Assembly: GCA_024400455.1 (NCBI GenBank)
Contig: JAKSMU010000010.1
Coordinates: 9,209 to 73,208, forward strand
From: Bacteroidales bacterium
GTDB taxonomy: Bacteria; Bacteroidota; Bacteroidia; Bacteroidales; F082
DNA length: 64,000 bases
Reading direction: 5' to 3'
The notes beneath the pieces are model-generated. The model searched no databases. It was not told where the DNA came from and worked only from the letters and a program-made list of their open reading frames with translations. Positions 28,601 through 30,561 of this stretch are shown here, in pieces (positions within the stretch are counted from its first letter, which is position 1; each line of letters begins with the position of its first letter). The translations under genes were made by a program, and so were the position numbers.

Positions 28601-29709
28601 GCTTTTGCAGCAACTTCATAATGCTTTCCAGGCATCAAACCCGTCAAGGTGTATGGACTGCTGCCGGTAATTTCAGTCGGTTCATCGTCACCGTCAGCGA
28701 TATACATCACGGTGAAAGTGGCATCGGACGAGCCCGCCCATTCCACTACTGCCTGTGTCGAAGTGATATCATACGCATACACGCAAGGTGCATCATAAGA
28801 ACTTCCTGCATAGCCAAACTTGATGTTGTCTATACTACTTGAAAGGTTTGAAGTATAACCACTTGCACTCTCTGGAGAAAAATTATATGTGTCGTTATAA
28901 TAATACGTTCCCCTATTCAAAGAAACAGCATGCGTATAGAATTTTTTGCTGTTACTCGTATAAGAGCCCGTATTATCATCAACCACAACCACCAGATTAT
29001 CAACACCATTATACGAAAACAAAGTATTAAAATCAATCTTAAACCAATTGCTTTCGCCACTGTTATTGAAAGTCAACGAACCGCCATACACTTTCGTCAG
29101 ACTGGAAGCAGGAACATAATCCGTGCCACTTGAAAAATAGCTCTTTGAAGTATGGCCAAGATAAATGTCAATATTACGCGTTATAGAAGTACTATAGAAA
29201 TACTGAAATGCTATGGAATTGAGCGTTTTAGCGCCACCCATCTCCTCAGCAAGGAGAATCTGCTGTGTGTAGCTGTAATTGTACCAGGTATAGGTTGGGA
29301 AATATTCTCCTGATGTACTGCCCGTGCCGCTTCCAATGACCACTTCATTTGCCGAACTGCTTGTCGTGAAATAGTATGTATCGGAATAAGAGCTGTAGGC
29401 ATTCTCGCCGCACACCGATTTCACACGCACTTTATATTGAGTGGCCATTTGAAGACCGCCAATCATGACATGTTCATCACTCACATTCAGCACATTGCTC
29501 CATCCGCTAGCCGATGTTTGGTCGTATTCAACAACGTACGCGTCAGCCGTTCCTTCCCAGGTTAGCAAAGCACTGCATTGCATCACTTGTTCCGTAACCA
29601 AATTTTCCGGCGCTTCGCAAGTGGTACTCCGTGAGCCTGCTCCAAACATGGATTCAACAGCAAAAAGCGAGAGGGCAATAGTCAATAAATATCTCAATAT
29701 CATCTTCAT
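1690..29709 (-). CDS. Giant secreted multidomain surface protein (9,339 aa). Order of parts: signal peptide, Fn3/jelly-roll head, 15 beta-helix modules, CARDB-like array, PPC-like domain, IPT/TIG-like domain, unassigned C-terminal tail.
   Basis: A single stop-free frame runs 1690..29751. The ATG at 29709 gives MKMILRYLLTIALSLFAVESMFGAGS, a Sec signal peptide; the 14 codons upstream of it look non-native. Recurrent protein motifs run along the whole length, so it is coding throughout. Confidence 0.9.
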   Translation of the reverse strand: MKMILRYLLTIALSLFAVESMFGAGSRSTTCEAPENLVTEQVMQCSALLTWEGTADAYVVEYDQTSASGWSNVLNVSDEHVMIGGLQMATQYKVRVKSVCGENAYSSYSDTYYFTTSSSANEVVIGSGTGSTSGEYFPTYTWYNYSYTQQILLAEEMGGAKTLNSIAFQYFYSTSITRNIDIYLGHTSKSYFSSGTDYVPASSLTKVYGGSLTFNNSGESNWFKIDFNTLFSYNGVDNLVVVVDDNTGSYTSNSKKFYTHAVSLNRGTYYYNDTYNFSPESASGYTSNLSSSIDNIKFGYAGSSYDAPCVYAYDITSTQAVVEWAGSSDATFTVMYIADGDDEPTEITGSSPYTLTGLMPGKHYEVAAKAVYAGGNESDWSVFEFETKPNTSLVAMPEAPYLGNRPSGCWMEPVTVLLGNSGEATTVNSIELTNSYFSVTGLETPFALDYLESRPFMVNTGSGSGLEEGGLVLHYGEDGETTIPLSATAYTPVTPDVWEVAQEIVNFPFTQSYDESSNLYLNYNIEDAPQTGVDAVFKLNLSTDVLLESSIETHGDGKLTFYHDGFEGLGGPKTENAMPSVMPSATGFEEGTLDVFDWKTEYYPWVVDNTAAHDGSYSMHSTNFGQHNSSSVASFDFNVAMEGTFSFWYFISSESNYDEGYFNLDGVQMLSVSGTNYSSWQKFECPISAGLHSFQWVYYKDVSASSGDDVFRVDDIELPSNGDEALRLTSGTYYVVATSSNQEFTVNFDKEDWPLPYAVENMNPVNGAITYAGGGNYTFNWTFGDFTKEYQVLCGTTNPPTNVIVDWTSELSNSFSMDLAARTTYYWQVKERNTTGVTSSPVCSFTTNEIVPDANNILYVTPTGAGTMDGSSWQNACPTLDSAVYYASRMRTPATVWVKGGTYYGNGLPNQYAFYVQEGVNVYGSLAGNEPFGYDMSQRDLVNNATILDGQHLQPVLCQLREFSESRSASWDGFVIQNGYEQGENTMCGGVFLIGNTTLRNCIIRNNTLEAIDPEGSGDEPLDLGSRELLGSKNQVETLGMAMRQSAKGDRGNRSSYYAVGAGAGIVNSNLEDCEIYGNVIITDGEAQAAGVILSEGASMLRCKVHDNEIQLQGYSASGYGAGVCADVAEITDCQIKNNSITGRSSERRGGGMYIDAESDNHCVVRNCLVEGNEASYGGGVYTSEYAILYNTIIANNGIDGQYGSGSGLYLGYNSIAINCDIVNNVSSNSDEYGGAGLYLDYNAIASNSVIWGNRQNGASLNVYNSDGEANCCAVEGGCSGMNNLLLSGLNTGNASSPMFIAPTAGAGPEYSGGNWNILEGSALVNRGTTDLPETVTLPDTDIAGNARLQQGMVDVGAYETPYDATTIDITPDENNIIYVTPTGAGSKNGSSWDNAADDLNAVVMAASQMNSVPSVWVAQGTYHGDGIQGNSAFVMVEEVDVYGGFAGNESADYDLASRDFALHASVLDGQNAQRVLCQPDNFRIVTVWDGFTIERGRLTSDPYGAGALLNDNGRLRNCIIRNDSIVIEGNVNPEPEMAAFRGNAERMANTKGDRGDRSITFSAGAGVYMYGATLENCEVYGNYISVAGEAEGAGVYADNGSIKQCVIHDNRINTADGLAKGAGLYSSYNVSIYDCNIHHNTAEGYSVYGAGVYYYPGSSDYSASCIVNSVIADNIGNGNYLYGGGLYVYNYAGKVINCNIVNNILTGTEIYGAGISGNWDNRNYLYNTVVWGNKANGEFSSIAGCKFVANYCAVEGGYEGTRIVNLNSLNDGDDENALYPKFVDPANGDWTIQEGSALINKGVYEIENFTFPTTDLAGNDRLQNGKIDIGAYESPYESNDLTPDEHGIFYVTVTGAGTRNGSSWENASGNLNAVLDEASFMTVKPMVWVAAGTYTGDGNAVNDAFTMVEGVNVYGGFIGNEPYDYDLRLRDLENNQTILDGQNVQRVLNQRIGFSEATATLWDGFVIENGRHAEKGAGACIGSYATLRHCIVRNDTVVSGSNMGYGGGIFCDSGSTVDSCQVYGNYATNGGGIFVQSEATLNCCDVHDNSAQYGGGFSANASGYLYKTITNCSFTSNEAENYGGGVYAYYSRLTNCVIANNKAGQRAGGVYSNGYNYFVGCLINNNTSVQSGGGLYASGSTYMTNCDVVNNLITDGGYTGAGVYPGTSTVQLRNTVVWGNKVISTASNILGSYSPTLNYCAVEGGYSGNRNIALESENAGSNELLNYVRFANPTEGAGADFTDGDWTLLEFSALINKGTESDIYGTLPERDLAGNDRIRRGKIDVGSYESPCMGSEIGPDEHNIIYVTTTGAGIRNGSSWADAAAGLTNVLTEAADMTVKPVIWVAKGTYVGDSISGHNAFTMVKGVNVYGGFAGNEAYNYDLSQRDFENNATILDGQNVQRVLYQSEAYSEDMATVWDGFTLEKGRLNSSEYGAGAYIRKNGTLRNCVIRHDTIVYSGNTYGAGVFMNYGTLDGCEVYGNYAWLNTSGYYSYSRGGGIYANYGTIRNCNIHDNKSASYTNGYSYGGGLFAINAVEVTGCVFKGNDSYYGGGIFKNNTSYYTNVTNCIFEGNQAQYGSAIDADGYLYITNCLVNNNYSRSYSAIYSGYNTYITNSTIVNNKAANSYGVGVYPTNSNCYVTNSIVWGNRYGTTPSNIYNTSNVMVSYSAIEGGFTGLGNINLSASNVGTGTSPCFASPTEGAGIDYSGGDWTLTADSPMLDFGIYPVQNVTIPASDLAGNDRVQQNGIDMGAYESSFGSQFNIAPDEHNIIYVTTTGTGNGSSWANATNDLNSALMVACRISPRPVVWMAAGTYAGNGVSGSNAFILQDGVSVYGGFVGNEAWNYDLSQRNLTDNLTVLDGQDVQRVLYQEGDFSQVTYVDGLVIERGRLNQGYGAGAYIRNKVTLQNCVIRNNNIVGISSNNGTSYGAGVYVTKGSLSHCEIYENDITWGGSGTWYVTCNGAGAYLDNASAQYCDIHDNNNVDSYYGCGGGVYLYYSSISNSTVRNNTAKEYGGGVYAYGASQSNPAMITYCEIVGNESIDYDGGGVYASCYTKLTNCTISNNIAGSGTNSSSKRGGGVFASSYTYMTNCLVSNNTSKHAGGGVYFNSVSYLTNCDIVNNLVTNASSFGGGLYVSSSDVSLKNCVVWGNECSGAISNVTCASGYLPAITYSAIQGGWSGTGNVVLGAANTGDFTSPYFTSPTEGAGAAYSDGDWTVQSGSALVNKGTTQNLSVTLPDVDLAGNSRVQQGIIDLGCYESEYTQGSGLQPDGHNIIYVTVEGAGQKDGSSWDNACDNLNYAVSEASGMSPIPMIWVKEGRYFGDGAVNGSAFIMQPGVNVYGGFEGTEAYTENWQQRQYGQHVTILDGQNVQRVLMQAVSFANDKSSVWNGFTIENGHLTADSYGAGAYLMDNGALKNCIIRNDTILAQAASYGAGVFMQKGRLENCEIYGNYIGHIGSSSYYTYGGGVYAKGGNMLDCFIHDNGAESRSYSYSYGGGVYCPSNYQTVMERCVVTGNYTNGYGGGFYSYGYSSSSPHRFVNCRFENNNAYQGGGAYAYYNSELVGCNVANNTASNCAGGAYVGNYSKLISSNVVNNLVTGTNSNSGAGIYVSAYYTYLTNSIVWGNRKGEAFDQYYISGTPTATFCAIQGGYDGTGNIALDDENEGGGLNPCFANPSEGVGAEFTGGDWSLTMASACINQGTTSGLTLPETDLAGNVRVQQGAIDVGAFESPYNAVILSPDEHNILYVTPNGAGAQDGSSWANATPYLQLAANRAGTFAQKATVWVAQGTYQGNGVENGNAFTIPSGIAVYGSFVGDEAYNYDLSQRDFVNHASILDGQNVQRVLYQRTDYTAQNAALWDGFTLTNGAGSLYGAGAYLRANAELRNCIISGNVSSGNNYGGGVYLYGSSDGDAKLTNCKIIDNEGYHGGGVYSNYYATLTNCLIAGNTARYYGGGVYVGSNTKLIHCGIYDNAANNNGGGIYFNYTSENVVRNSVVWGNVKGESVSSIYASEHVDVSYSAVEGGYSGVGNVALASENLGNFASPCFVAPEDGDWNLTSSSILINKGGAFENMPEKDLAGNARVQQGTADMGPYESPYESAFDIVADANNIIYVKLEGMGNGSSWTDATGDLQMAVNFAATMNPVATVWVAKGTYYGSQSQDAFTMVPGVNVYGGFAGTESADFNLNDRDFITNMTILDGDEARRVLCQNSNFTSSTSATWDGFTIRNGYCQGYGAGVYMRSYSHLRNCVVTNNVVNGYYEGAGIYVAGASGIHNTLTNCEITNNTTSGSGAGVCGQYLTLTNCKIKDNISNGNYGGGAYLNYSKLINCELTGNRASQAGGVYLYYSDAINTTIANNTATNNYGGLYNYSSGSGYTLANLIIWGNKKGETPNQYYNSGGTFTYCAIQGYTGGGTGNINLEADNDGDDVTKYYVRFLAPEAGIYQLQNESSVVGMGNNSVTGLPEKDLAGRDRIMDGTIEPGAYEQYCTQLEIKDLNLEYGVLYNFYGSYITEPGTYTHQWSYAADCDSLVVAHVTMNSSIWYVTTTGAGTKDGSSWANASDNLNTLLNNISQQSGYSRKQVWVAGGTYHGATSGTADFYYVGGVEVHGGFAGNETYISERDPEAHPTILSGSTNRALLAKSSSYPCTEDSRTLWEGITFEGGKQMTVDVYLTLENCTSNTPTIANGRLLRCDFSGFSDNGSKILVRLNEGAILDSCLVHNNSCNYALVRAEDATVRYTLFYNNTCTRNYSGGGEGKNYGAVLNAINNVLIDHCDFVNNRTDYTYTVNADLFLNMEDDDVNHLRQPKHALISLRNSVMQNSIVWGNEQAIYTHDFIAKDLASEINYCAIENAMYNGVGNIVLGNSGNFVPDFVNPTPNVGHLISIDDVDWSLGLNSICHKQGTEGNDLGAIASTEASHISVTPTDGVIYVAQDGEGDGSSWANATSDLQYAVAHANTTTPAAQVWVKEGSYTGDGNGNHSAFNVVAGVEVYGGFAGNETSLDQRDPAAHPTFLDGMASQRVLYQNEPFAEEDAAVWDGFVIRNGYMNEGSFYDYNGAILVHPVSNDMSYNLNHLNGAGAAILANTTLRNISFENNRIVRDPEHNSGISNAMKGTTLSVFGGTLDHVVIAYDTTEYVSTNTSMVNSYLYAVNATMEACDFNHNIGKIALYGGSVNHTNFTYNQVRVELPEEDNLSEAQLYADFTVMRHCRLAFNNAVALNKRKNGSQYANTFHDCQIDHNNALAIVGHSLGNNDQFINCNINNNKSNNRGSNVYPISGGVFHNTVVWGNRNYSDLCAHFEASRLAENCSFNNCAVEHGLEGYEDEVVALAADNTGTSQAYEYPCFLAPVNGDYTLTENSALIDAGDNSVVAVEKDFIGNDRIMDETVEIGAYEYKCVLYREYNDVTMNTHYPFYGEWLTESGQYVHRWAINETCDSVVVLNLSFKHIIYVTEEGGGLRNGTSWENAFGSLKDATEYAGTHPSDLNQIWVAEGLYRGDGTSVNAFRLFPNTQMYGGLTGTELADYDLSQRDIANHETILDGDYIQRVIYQVEDCTADNPLIIDGFTIKNGFSRASVSNGTALSLKRYATIRNCKITENYTNSGVEAIYMYNDDFESCDRRIIYNNFINCELTNNQGGYVVVSDHCVFTNCKISGNNGFGIYVVTYTRVEDCQLIGNGGRAIRLKAAAHKFTDPFWGTEKYSLDYLDMTNTKVTNNKGGIHYEKTCKGHGEGRITSCLFANNSAMSGEDTRGGAIFGNEHEIDITCSTFVNNTAKDDGGALYGTGYKIVNTILSGNKASGKANQLSNHYYDWVECEDGAFAKVSIETSDITYSAIEGGYPGEGNIGLNNTDLKANLDGSYRPNGNSPCVNNGTVSGVDVPEYDMNGQSRVLQGRIDIGAYESDFTGRTLIQPDANNIIYVSSAPCGNNDGSSWDNATSHFQMSLNFALCYNPRPQIWVKKGTYGDDNAQFWSNLAMMPGVNVYGGLNGDEPANYDLSQRDLNNNLSVLTGNSVKRVLEQFGDFTGDEVVTWDGFHIKSGYAREGYVRNIKYLSESAVEGFFKDYMNGGGVLLRKGGNLSHCEIYDNVAFKGGGIYRGQVSENNAPTYITNSKLRHNYAIDEGGAIFMTRSSGIFGGGESPIDTIANCEISGNNADRLGALHTVRAAIIGTSIIKNTTDLYAFDTINSGHQYNHLVNCVMWGNDSRNYAFQTEGRNNTYDYCAIQGGAPAENTGSNIINLEIDNTGDNPELNYPFFLDDEEEIYRPTENSAFVNQGDNENVFGDEDLAFKPRVKDDIVDMGAYEESCLNYEHKYVIANRQYNFYGRILTESGKYEHQWTPAGSDCDSLVSLELEIRCIWYVKQGGAGLQNGSSWENATGDLNWAISQASACDTVGTKQIWVAQGLYQGNGTSVQAFTLKPNIEILGGFEGNELENVDFDSRDFVNHASILDGSHCQRVLGNYGNESSFGPMKRATVDGFTIQNGYTTKEGGGVYAKNYITLNNLVVKNNQGGSGAGIYVDNRCEVSDCDIFSNTALHDGGGAWVKSSTLTYCEIYRNLCDNVESGSKLGGGIYGNNATINNCLIANNSVLTTGAKGGGMYIANSQVASQLLNCTMVNNYSYDLAGGVYSENSSSNNEFINCVLWGNKTDLNTQQIAVSASNVPIYLRYCAVQGGAAGIGNIKLTAGNNTNDLFSPKFVNPSENVGANYGGGDWRFQDNSILANHGERLTYTITKDLDDETRVKNSRIDIGAYESNYTHDFAVRPDEHNIIYVDAHNNSGDYSGDSWTNAIPDLQLAINFAGDNDNRPKIWIAGGTYTGNGWPYVDAFVALNGIDLYGGFAGNEAYDYDLDDRDLEANATILDGQNIQRTLQQAHSTYFKYKQIEELHSAIYDGLTLKNGFVYKNNGGVVMMQKGNLNRCIIENGEARDGVAGGLFFNNYDLIVDNTIIRNCKTTASNTGSGYNGGGYNGGGYNGTHIIFHNCLLANNSASGNGGAGTGGTHYNSTIVNNYASVDGGGLYIYNKVYNSVLWGNKIGNNLPCQLRTSDPSYNQNTFGNGDVLYSAIEGGFAGEGNITLNVNNSGNSDININYPMFVNPSIAAGAGNGYVSDDDDWSLEDGSVLVNHGKLSYVSGTYDLGHNNRVQREKADMGAYESPYDFDYEIEPDANNIIYVTQFGAGLKNGSSWEDATPYLQFAMERATLMSPRPQIWMAAGIYTGSGVPQYPAFNLPDNISLYGGFAGNEPASYDLSLRDFDLNITRLDGQNLQQIMRRDYTTSNNRDILNGITFQNGRSNREGGAAYLKNCDIDYCQFLNNTMVWEGDYPTGHGGGALNSSNCHIYHSTFMNNYSNGDGGAIKASSDVINWCLIKNNTADKSGGGINGSPEIYNTEISYNHAEKGGGLYGAPRMKNSTVVKNTADIYNGSANNGGGMYLGRMSGVFGETLYDYWSNNIVWGNRTGALVSNVRGIIPASGTISYTAFESDETFPAGTGNIVLQSDNDGTNPSFNYVRFADPDNGDFSLQESSMCINVGNNATAAPGDFDLADNERIQDAIIDMGAYEMTPVNCHVPTGLIVPDNEITFTTANVYWTPADEESEWMVYYMQVDEITPHILVADTNFIVLDGLEPNLEYFVKVRSMCSSTEMSGYTLPVYFNTACDPESIVWNNYLDEEGLLPVREQALQSNEEVLFSWDYIEGADYYDLYLWRTDYGNGLEIPDFPVRYGIRNNYATVDLGASVYQGYGAYEHCFGWGCDPEPPLYLHQYDTTGVAYYAWYVVAHQDCAVIQSDTMTFTTALPDLHVSALDCSYAQTGQVMTVEWTVKNDGVGPTPTGAEGTWNDYIVLSYPHNWTHQSFTQENPESFLMATVPNLTALNPGESYTNSTNIFVPDDMYGTVFLFVLSNWVPYSDMHLDYSSYGGVFPDPYLPPYIPHDPGDPEGYMTGTCAAESFREIVECDNFFYKKIEVDIPPYPDLIGTNVIPPYEGVAGDTITVSWMIVNQGRAGFENRPVTDIIYMTTDTVYSSQATQVATYMDTIPLMAAGDTIVRTMSFVTDERAIDTFNFFVRIDATNTVYESLFEGNNMSPVSVHSTILLPAPPPDLTVTNLTLGMDTISPYEQFPISYRVKNIGYVAAKPLDDPNQGGGISDSCGIVPPWRGKQWSDFFYLSDQPELNTSFATSIGSISNDTILYLPTDFQTIDTMIMRWAECHFTVPDTLSANASHADSVRYYEAVAAVPGLIADFYDEQHYFYKNGDTIPHNRYINSYMVTGKARTPHTTQEGKYYFYVWTDKNDAIFEYQHEDNNIAVDSIYVVQPDLTVENFWINDTRDSLCYVLRNIGSGKMVDERIALTANFNNAQVGRASLTRINLNPGDSLVGSLAIDIPCNFYEVNSVKLQATPQNDKDFTNNNRLDEHYLLKNPDFMAHDLLAPTTLNSGDSFDVVYDITNKGSIGYTGDIELGVYLGLSPELNFITAQPLDIITYPIALAADSTETIVQNVTLPIEAQGPYYIYIVVNDGDGICEGDNVYTNYIVSDLLSVTLSPYPDLLITDATQPGSGTAGMSMDISYTATNQGIRAIAADETWTDAIYVSNYPQFSVENAERLTSISKQGPLAIGDTYSATRTVMLPNTLATDNYYIYIVSDVNDNLFEYVGEYNNTYQSVSFPVQEYSLDLAVTSFTGATDVEWSETVSYSYTVHNFGSRPTVSNYEDRIYLSDDATLDANDLMLAKKTKNDVVSGGGQYNDGFNVTIPYGYLGDQYLLVVTDYAAANPDSNAENNVKALAINITSIPVPDLEVSDLELLTEFPACGQPIEVRYKVTNVGDGPTYGTYADRVVLSRNTYDHGQVIATETREDVLNPGEYYYDTATFIVPVPETGNYAFYVNANHSEALYEMNCDNNLGMLPVVVDLNAPGDLIVTDIDFPSQITAGNSMTITWKVKNLGPNTLTGVGCSDVVYLSTDTIFDADDRLLGNIAYDLSLMENVSEQHQLEANISGVQEGEYYIIVYTDARNTFYEIEENNNRTASLGRVRVELPILPFNEQVPFTMDNFQYKDYKLVVGSNISETVRVYVTSTDSLVGAVNNIYVLHDGVGTNLDYDISTDGQMTSNSELYIPRTEPGYYGVSVFGYSPAHPNQQMTIEADILPFEIRSISPNRGGNTGKVTVKLIGSKFRHDMEVILYNATDTIQAEALQYVNFNEVFVTFDLKGAALGTYTVRAINYCAGAAYLHNGFTVVEGEPENLSTNLIIPVGLRANRYCCLTLEYGNIGNTDIVNPRIVLRSLGESWIGLRRGELNIHRTELEIPTQFEDEPDGVLRPGVRHTITIYCYTNAEMLFSIDVNDEIDAHEYIKNLMLH
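1693..2050 (-). other. C-terminal tail of the giant protein (about 118 aa), no recognisable sorting domain
   Basis: Sequence ENLSTNLIIPVGLRANRYCCLTLEYGNIGNTDIV...TITIYCYTNAEMLFSIDVNDEIDAHEYIKNLMLH. It lacks the (Y/F)PNP...G(I/V)Y...K(I/V) pattern seen in the three T9SS CTDs elsewhere in this window. Confidence 0.5.
2050..2330 (-). other. IPT/TIG-like Ig domain in the giant protein
   Basis: FEIRSISPNRGGNTGKVTVKLIGSKFRHDMEVILYNATDTIQAEALQYVNFNEVFVTFDLKGAALGTYTVRAINYCAGAAYLHNGFTVVE resembles the IPT/TIG pattern (I.SI.P..G...G...VTI.G..F ... V). Judged by eye only. Confidence 0.4.
2330..2650 (-). other. PPC-like (bacterial pre-peptidase C-terminal-like) beta-sandwich in the giant protein
   Basis: FTMDNFQYKDYKLVVGSNISETVRVYVTSTDSLVGAVNNIYVLHDGVGTNLDYDISTDGQMTSNSELYIPRTEPGYYGVSVFGY follows the general PPC pattern (Y.F.v......v.l.......D.DLyl ....... 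G.Y.i.V.gy). Tentative. Confidence 0.3.
2650..6360 (-). repeat. Array of about 9 CARDB-like Ig-fold domains (about 110-130 aa each) in the giant protein
   Basis: Each domain starts with a recurring motif: (P)DL.V......G....V.(Y/W).V.N.G...(T/A). Examples: LPDLHVSALDCSYAQTGQVMTVEWTVKNDGVGPT (about 6357), YPDLIGTNV...VSWMIVNQGRAGF (about 5838), PPDLTVTNL...YRVKNIGYVAA (about 5450), QPDLTVENF...YVLRNIGSGKM (about 4805), NPDFMAHDL...YDITNKGSIGY (about 4490), YPDLLITDA...YTATNQGIRAI (about 4120), SLDLAVTSF...YTVHNFGSRPT (about 3740), VPDLEVSDL...YKVTNVGDGPT (about 3375), PGDLIVTDI...WKVKNLGPNT (about 3015). Many also contain a downstream E.(N/D)E.NN motif. Confidence 0.6.
6360..7050 (-). other. 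Two Fn3-like domains linking the beta-helix array to the CARDB-like array
   Basis: CHVPTGLIVPDNEITFTTANVYWTPADEESEWMVYYMQVD...LEPNLEYFVKVRSMCSS...YFNTAC is a classic Fn3 pattern. It is followed by LFSWDYIEGADYYDLYLWRTD...DTMTFTT. Confidence 0.5.
10660..10815 (-). repeat. Two-Cys mini-domain, copy 3 (precedes beta-helix module 13)
   Basis: CLNYEHKYVIANRQYNFYGRILTESGKYEHQWTPAGSDCDSLVSLELEIRCIWYV. Shared pattern: C...........Y.FYG..(L/I)TE.G.Y.H.W.....CDS(L/V)V.L.(L/V). Confidence 0.6.
13380..13541 (-). repeat. Two-Cys mini-domain, copy 2 (precedes beta-helix module 11)
   Basis: CVLYREYNDVTMNTHYPFYGEWLTESGQYVHRWAINETCDSVVVLNLSFKHIIYV. Confidence 0.6.
16095..16262 (-). repeat. Two-Cys mini-domain, copy 1 (precedes beta-helix module 9)
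   Basis: CTQLEIKDLNLEYGVLYNFYGSYITEPGTYTHQWSYAADCDSLVVAHVTMNSSIWYV. Confidence 0.6.
27160..29619 (-). other. N-terminal head region of the giant protein: Fn3, a ~190-aa unassigned domain, Fn3, an Ig-like segment, a MAM/jelly-roll-like domain, Fn3-like
   Basis: First Fn3 (about 29362-29619): CEAPENLVTEQ...ALLTWEG...YKVRVKSVCG...YYFTT. The unassigned domain contains EYFPTYTWYNYSYTQQILLAEEMGG. Second Fn3 (about 28543-28785): CVYAYDITSTQAVVEWAG...HYEVAAKAVY...FEFETK. The jelly-roll-like block is GFEEGTLDVFDWKTE...GSYSMHS...TFSFWYFISSE..YDEGYFNLDG...FRVDDIELP. Confidence 0.45.
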
Positions 29710-29762
29710 AGTATAATACTTTTCACAAATGCAATTACTAACTGCACACAATTTTGAAGATG

Positions 29763-29770
29763 CAAAAATA
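29763..29770 (-). promoter_or_regulatory. Candidate Bacteroidota -7 promoter box (TATTTTTG) for the giant gene
   Basis: The plus strand reads CAAAAATA, which is TAnnTTTG on the minus strand, 53 nt upstream of the ATG at 29709. Confidence 0.4.
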
Positions 29771-29822
29771 GGGAGTGTGTTTTAAACCATTGTAGGTATT
29801 ATTACCTATATAATGTCATTTT

Positions 29823-29845
29823 TTATCAACAACACCTGTTGATAA
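29823..29845. promoter_or_regulatory. Perfect 9-bp inverted repeat TTATCAACA-N5-TGTTGATAA between the response regulator gene and the giant gene
   Basis: Read directly from the sequence. It sits about 55-80 bp upstream of the candidate -7 box and is not followed by a T-tract in the direction of transcription. It therefore looks more like an operator or activator site than a terminator. Confidence 0.45.
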
Positions 29846-29901
29846 TTGCATTGAGTTACTCGGAAGCAAAATAAGTGATTGTATTATGGTAGATTCAGCC
29901 C

Positions 29902-30561
29902 TCAAGCCGTGATGATGCCATGCGTAAAGGCATAGTTAACCAACTCGCCGATGCTTTCAAAGCCCATCTTGCCATAAATATGATTTTTATGGCCTTCAAC
30001 CGTACGAACGCTAAGCTGAAGTCTTTCAGCAATTTCCTTAGCACTGAAACCTTGGGCGCAAAAACGAAGTATCTCAATTTCACGGGCTGTCAATATCTCG
30101 TTCAGATCCTCGCCTTCTGCCGTCGCCACTTCCTCCATCATGGCATTGATACCCTTGCCATAGTATCCGAAACCCGAAACAACCGCATGTATGGCCTCAA
30201 GCAATTCGTCGGACTGCACTTCCTTACTCACAAAGCCATTGATTCCCATCTCAATCAAGGCGGTGATATGATGCGGATTCAAATCGACCGACAGAACCAG
30301 GATTTTCGTCGCCGGACAATTGATGCCGACGTAACGCACCACTTCCTTTCCATTGCCATCGGGCAGTTGCAAATCAAGAAGAATAAGGTCGATGTCTTTC
30401 CGCGACTCCAAAGTCTCAATAGCTTCCTTCAAAGTGCCCGCTTCTGCCACCACCTCAAGATGTTCATCATCCTGTTTCAACGTCATCGCTATCCCCCTCC
30501 GATACAGAGGATGATCATCAACCAATAACAACCTGACCTTATCAAACTTGTTTTCTTCCAT
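29902..30561 (-). CDS. Response regulator, NarL/LuxR family (REC domain plus LuxR-type HTH)
   Basis: VRLLLVDDHPLYRRG, the phospho-acceptor context DLILLDLQLPDGNG, and the C-terminal LTAREIEILRFCAQGFSAKEIAERLQLSVRTVEGHKNHIYGKMG. Confidence 0.9.
   Translation of the reverse strand: MEENKFDKVRLLLVDDHPLYRRGIAMTLKQDDEHLEVVAEAGTLKEAIETLESRKDIDLILLDLQLPDGNGKEVVRYVGINCPATKILVLSVDLNPHHITALIEMGINGFVSKEVQSDELLEAIHAVVSGFGYYGKGINAMMEEVATAEGEDLNEILTAREIEILRFCAQGFSAKEIAERLQLSVRTVEGHKNHIYGKMGFESIGELVNYAFTHGIITA

Noticed and set aside
29710-29751. ORF-track start extensions: the giant gene (MCAVSNCICEKYYT), and similar extensions at 41486-41578, 41500-41616, 54154-54282, 56463-56480, 56505-56618 and 58420-58461.
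   Set aside because: Internal ATGs give canonical N-termini (signal peptides, lipoboxes or conserved family starts) and sit downstream of TAnnTTTG boxes. The extensions are hydrophobic or odd sequence, or use non-ATG starts.
29710-29901. Whether the region is an invertible (phase-variable) promoter for the giant gene, as is common in Bacteroidales.
   Set aside because: The inverted repeats here are 6-9 bp hairpin-type palindromes only 4-5 nt apart. They are not 15-25 bp repeats flanking a segment of 150-400 bp, and no recombinase gene lies nearby.
29920-30528. A 202-aa plus-strand ORF.
   Set aside because: It is antisense to the response regulator gene, which has clear REC and LuxR-HTH motifs.
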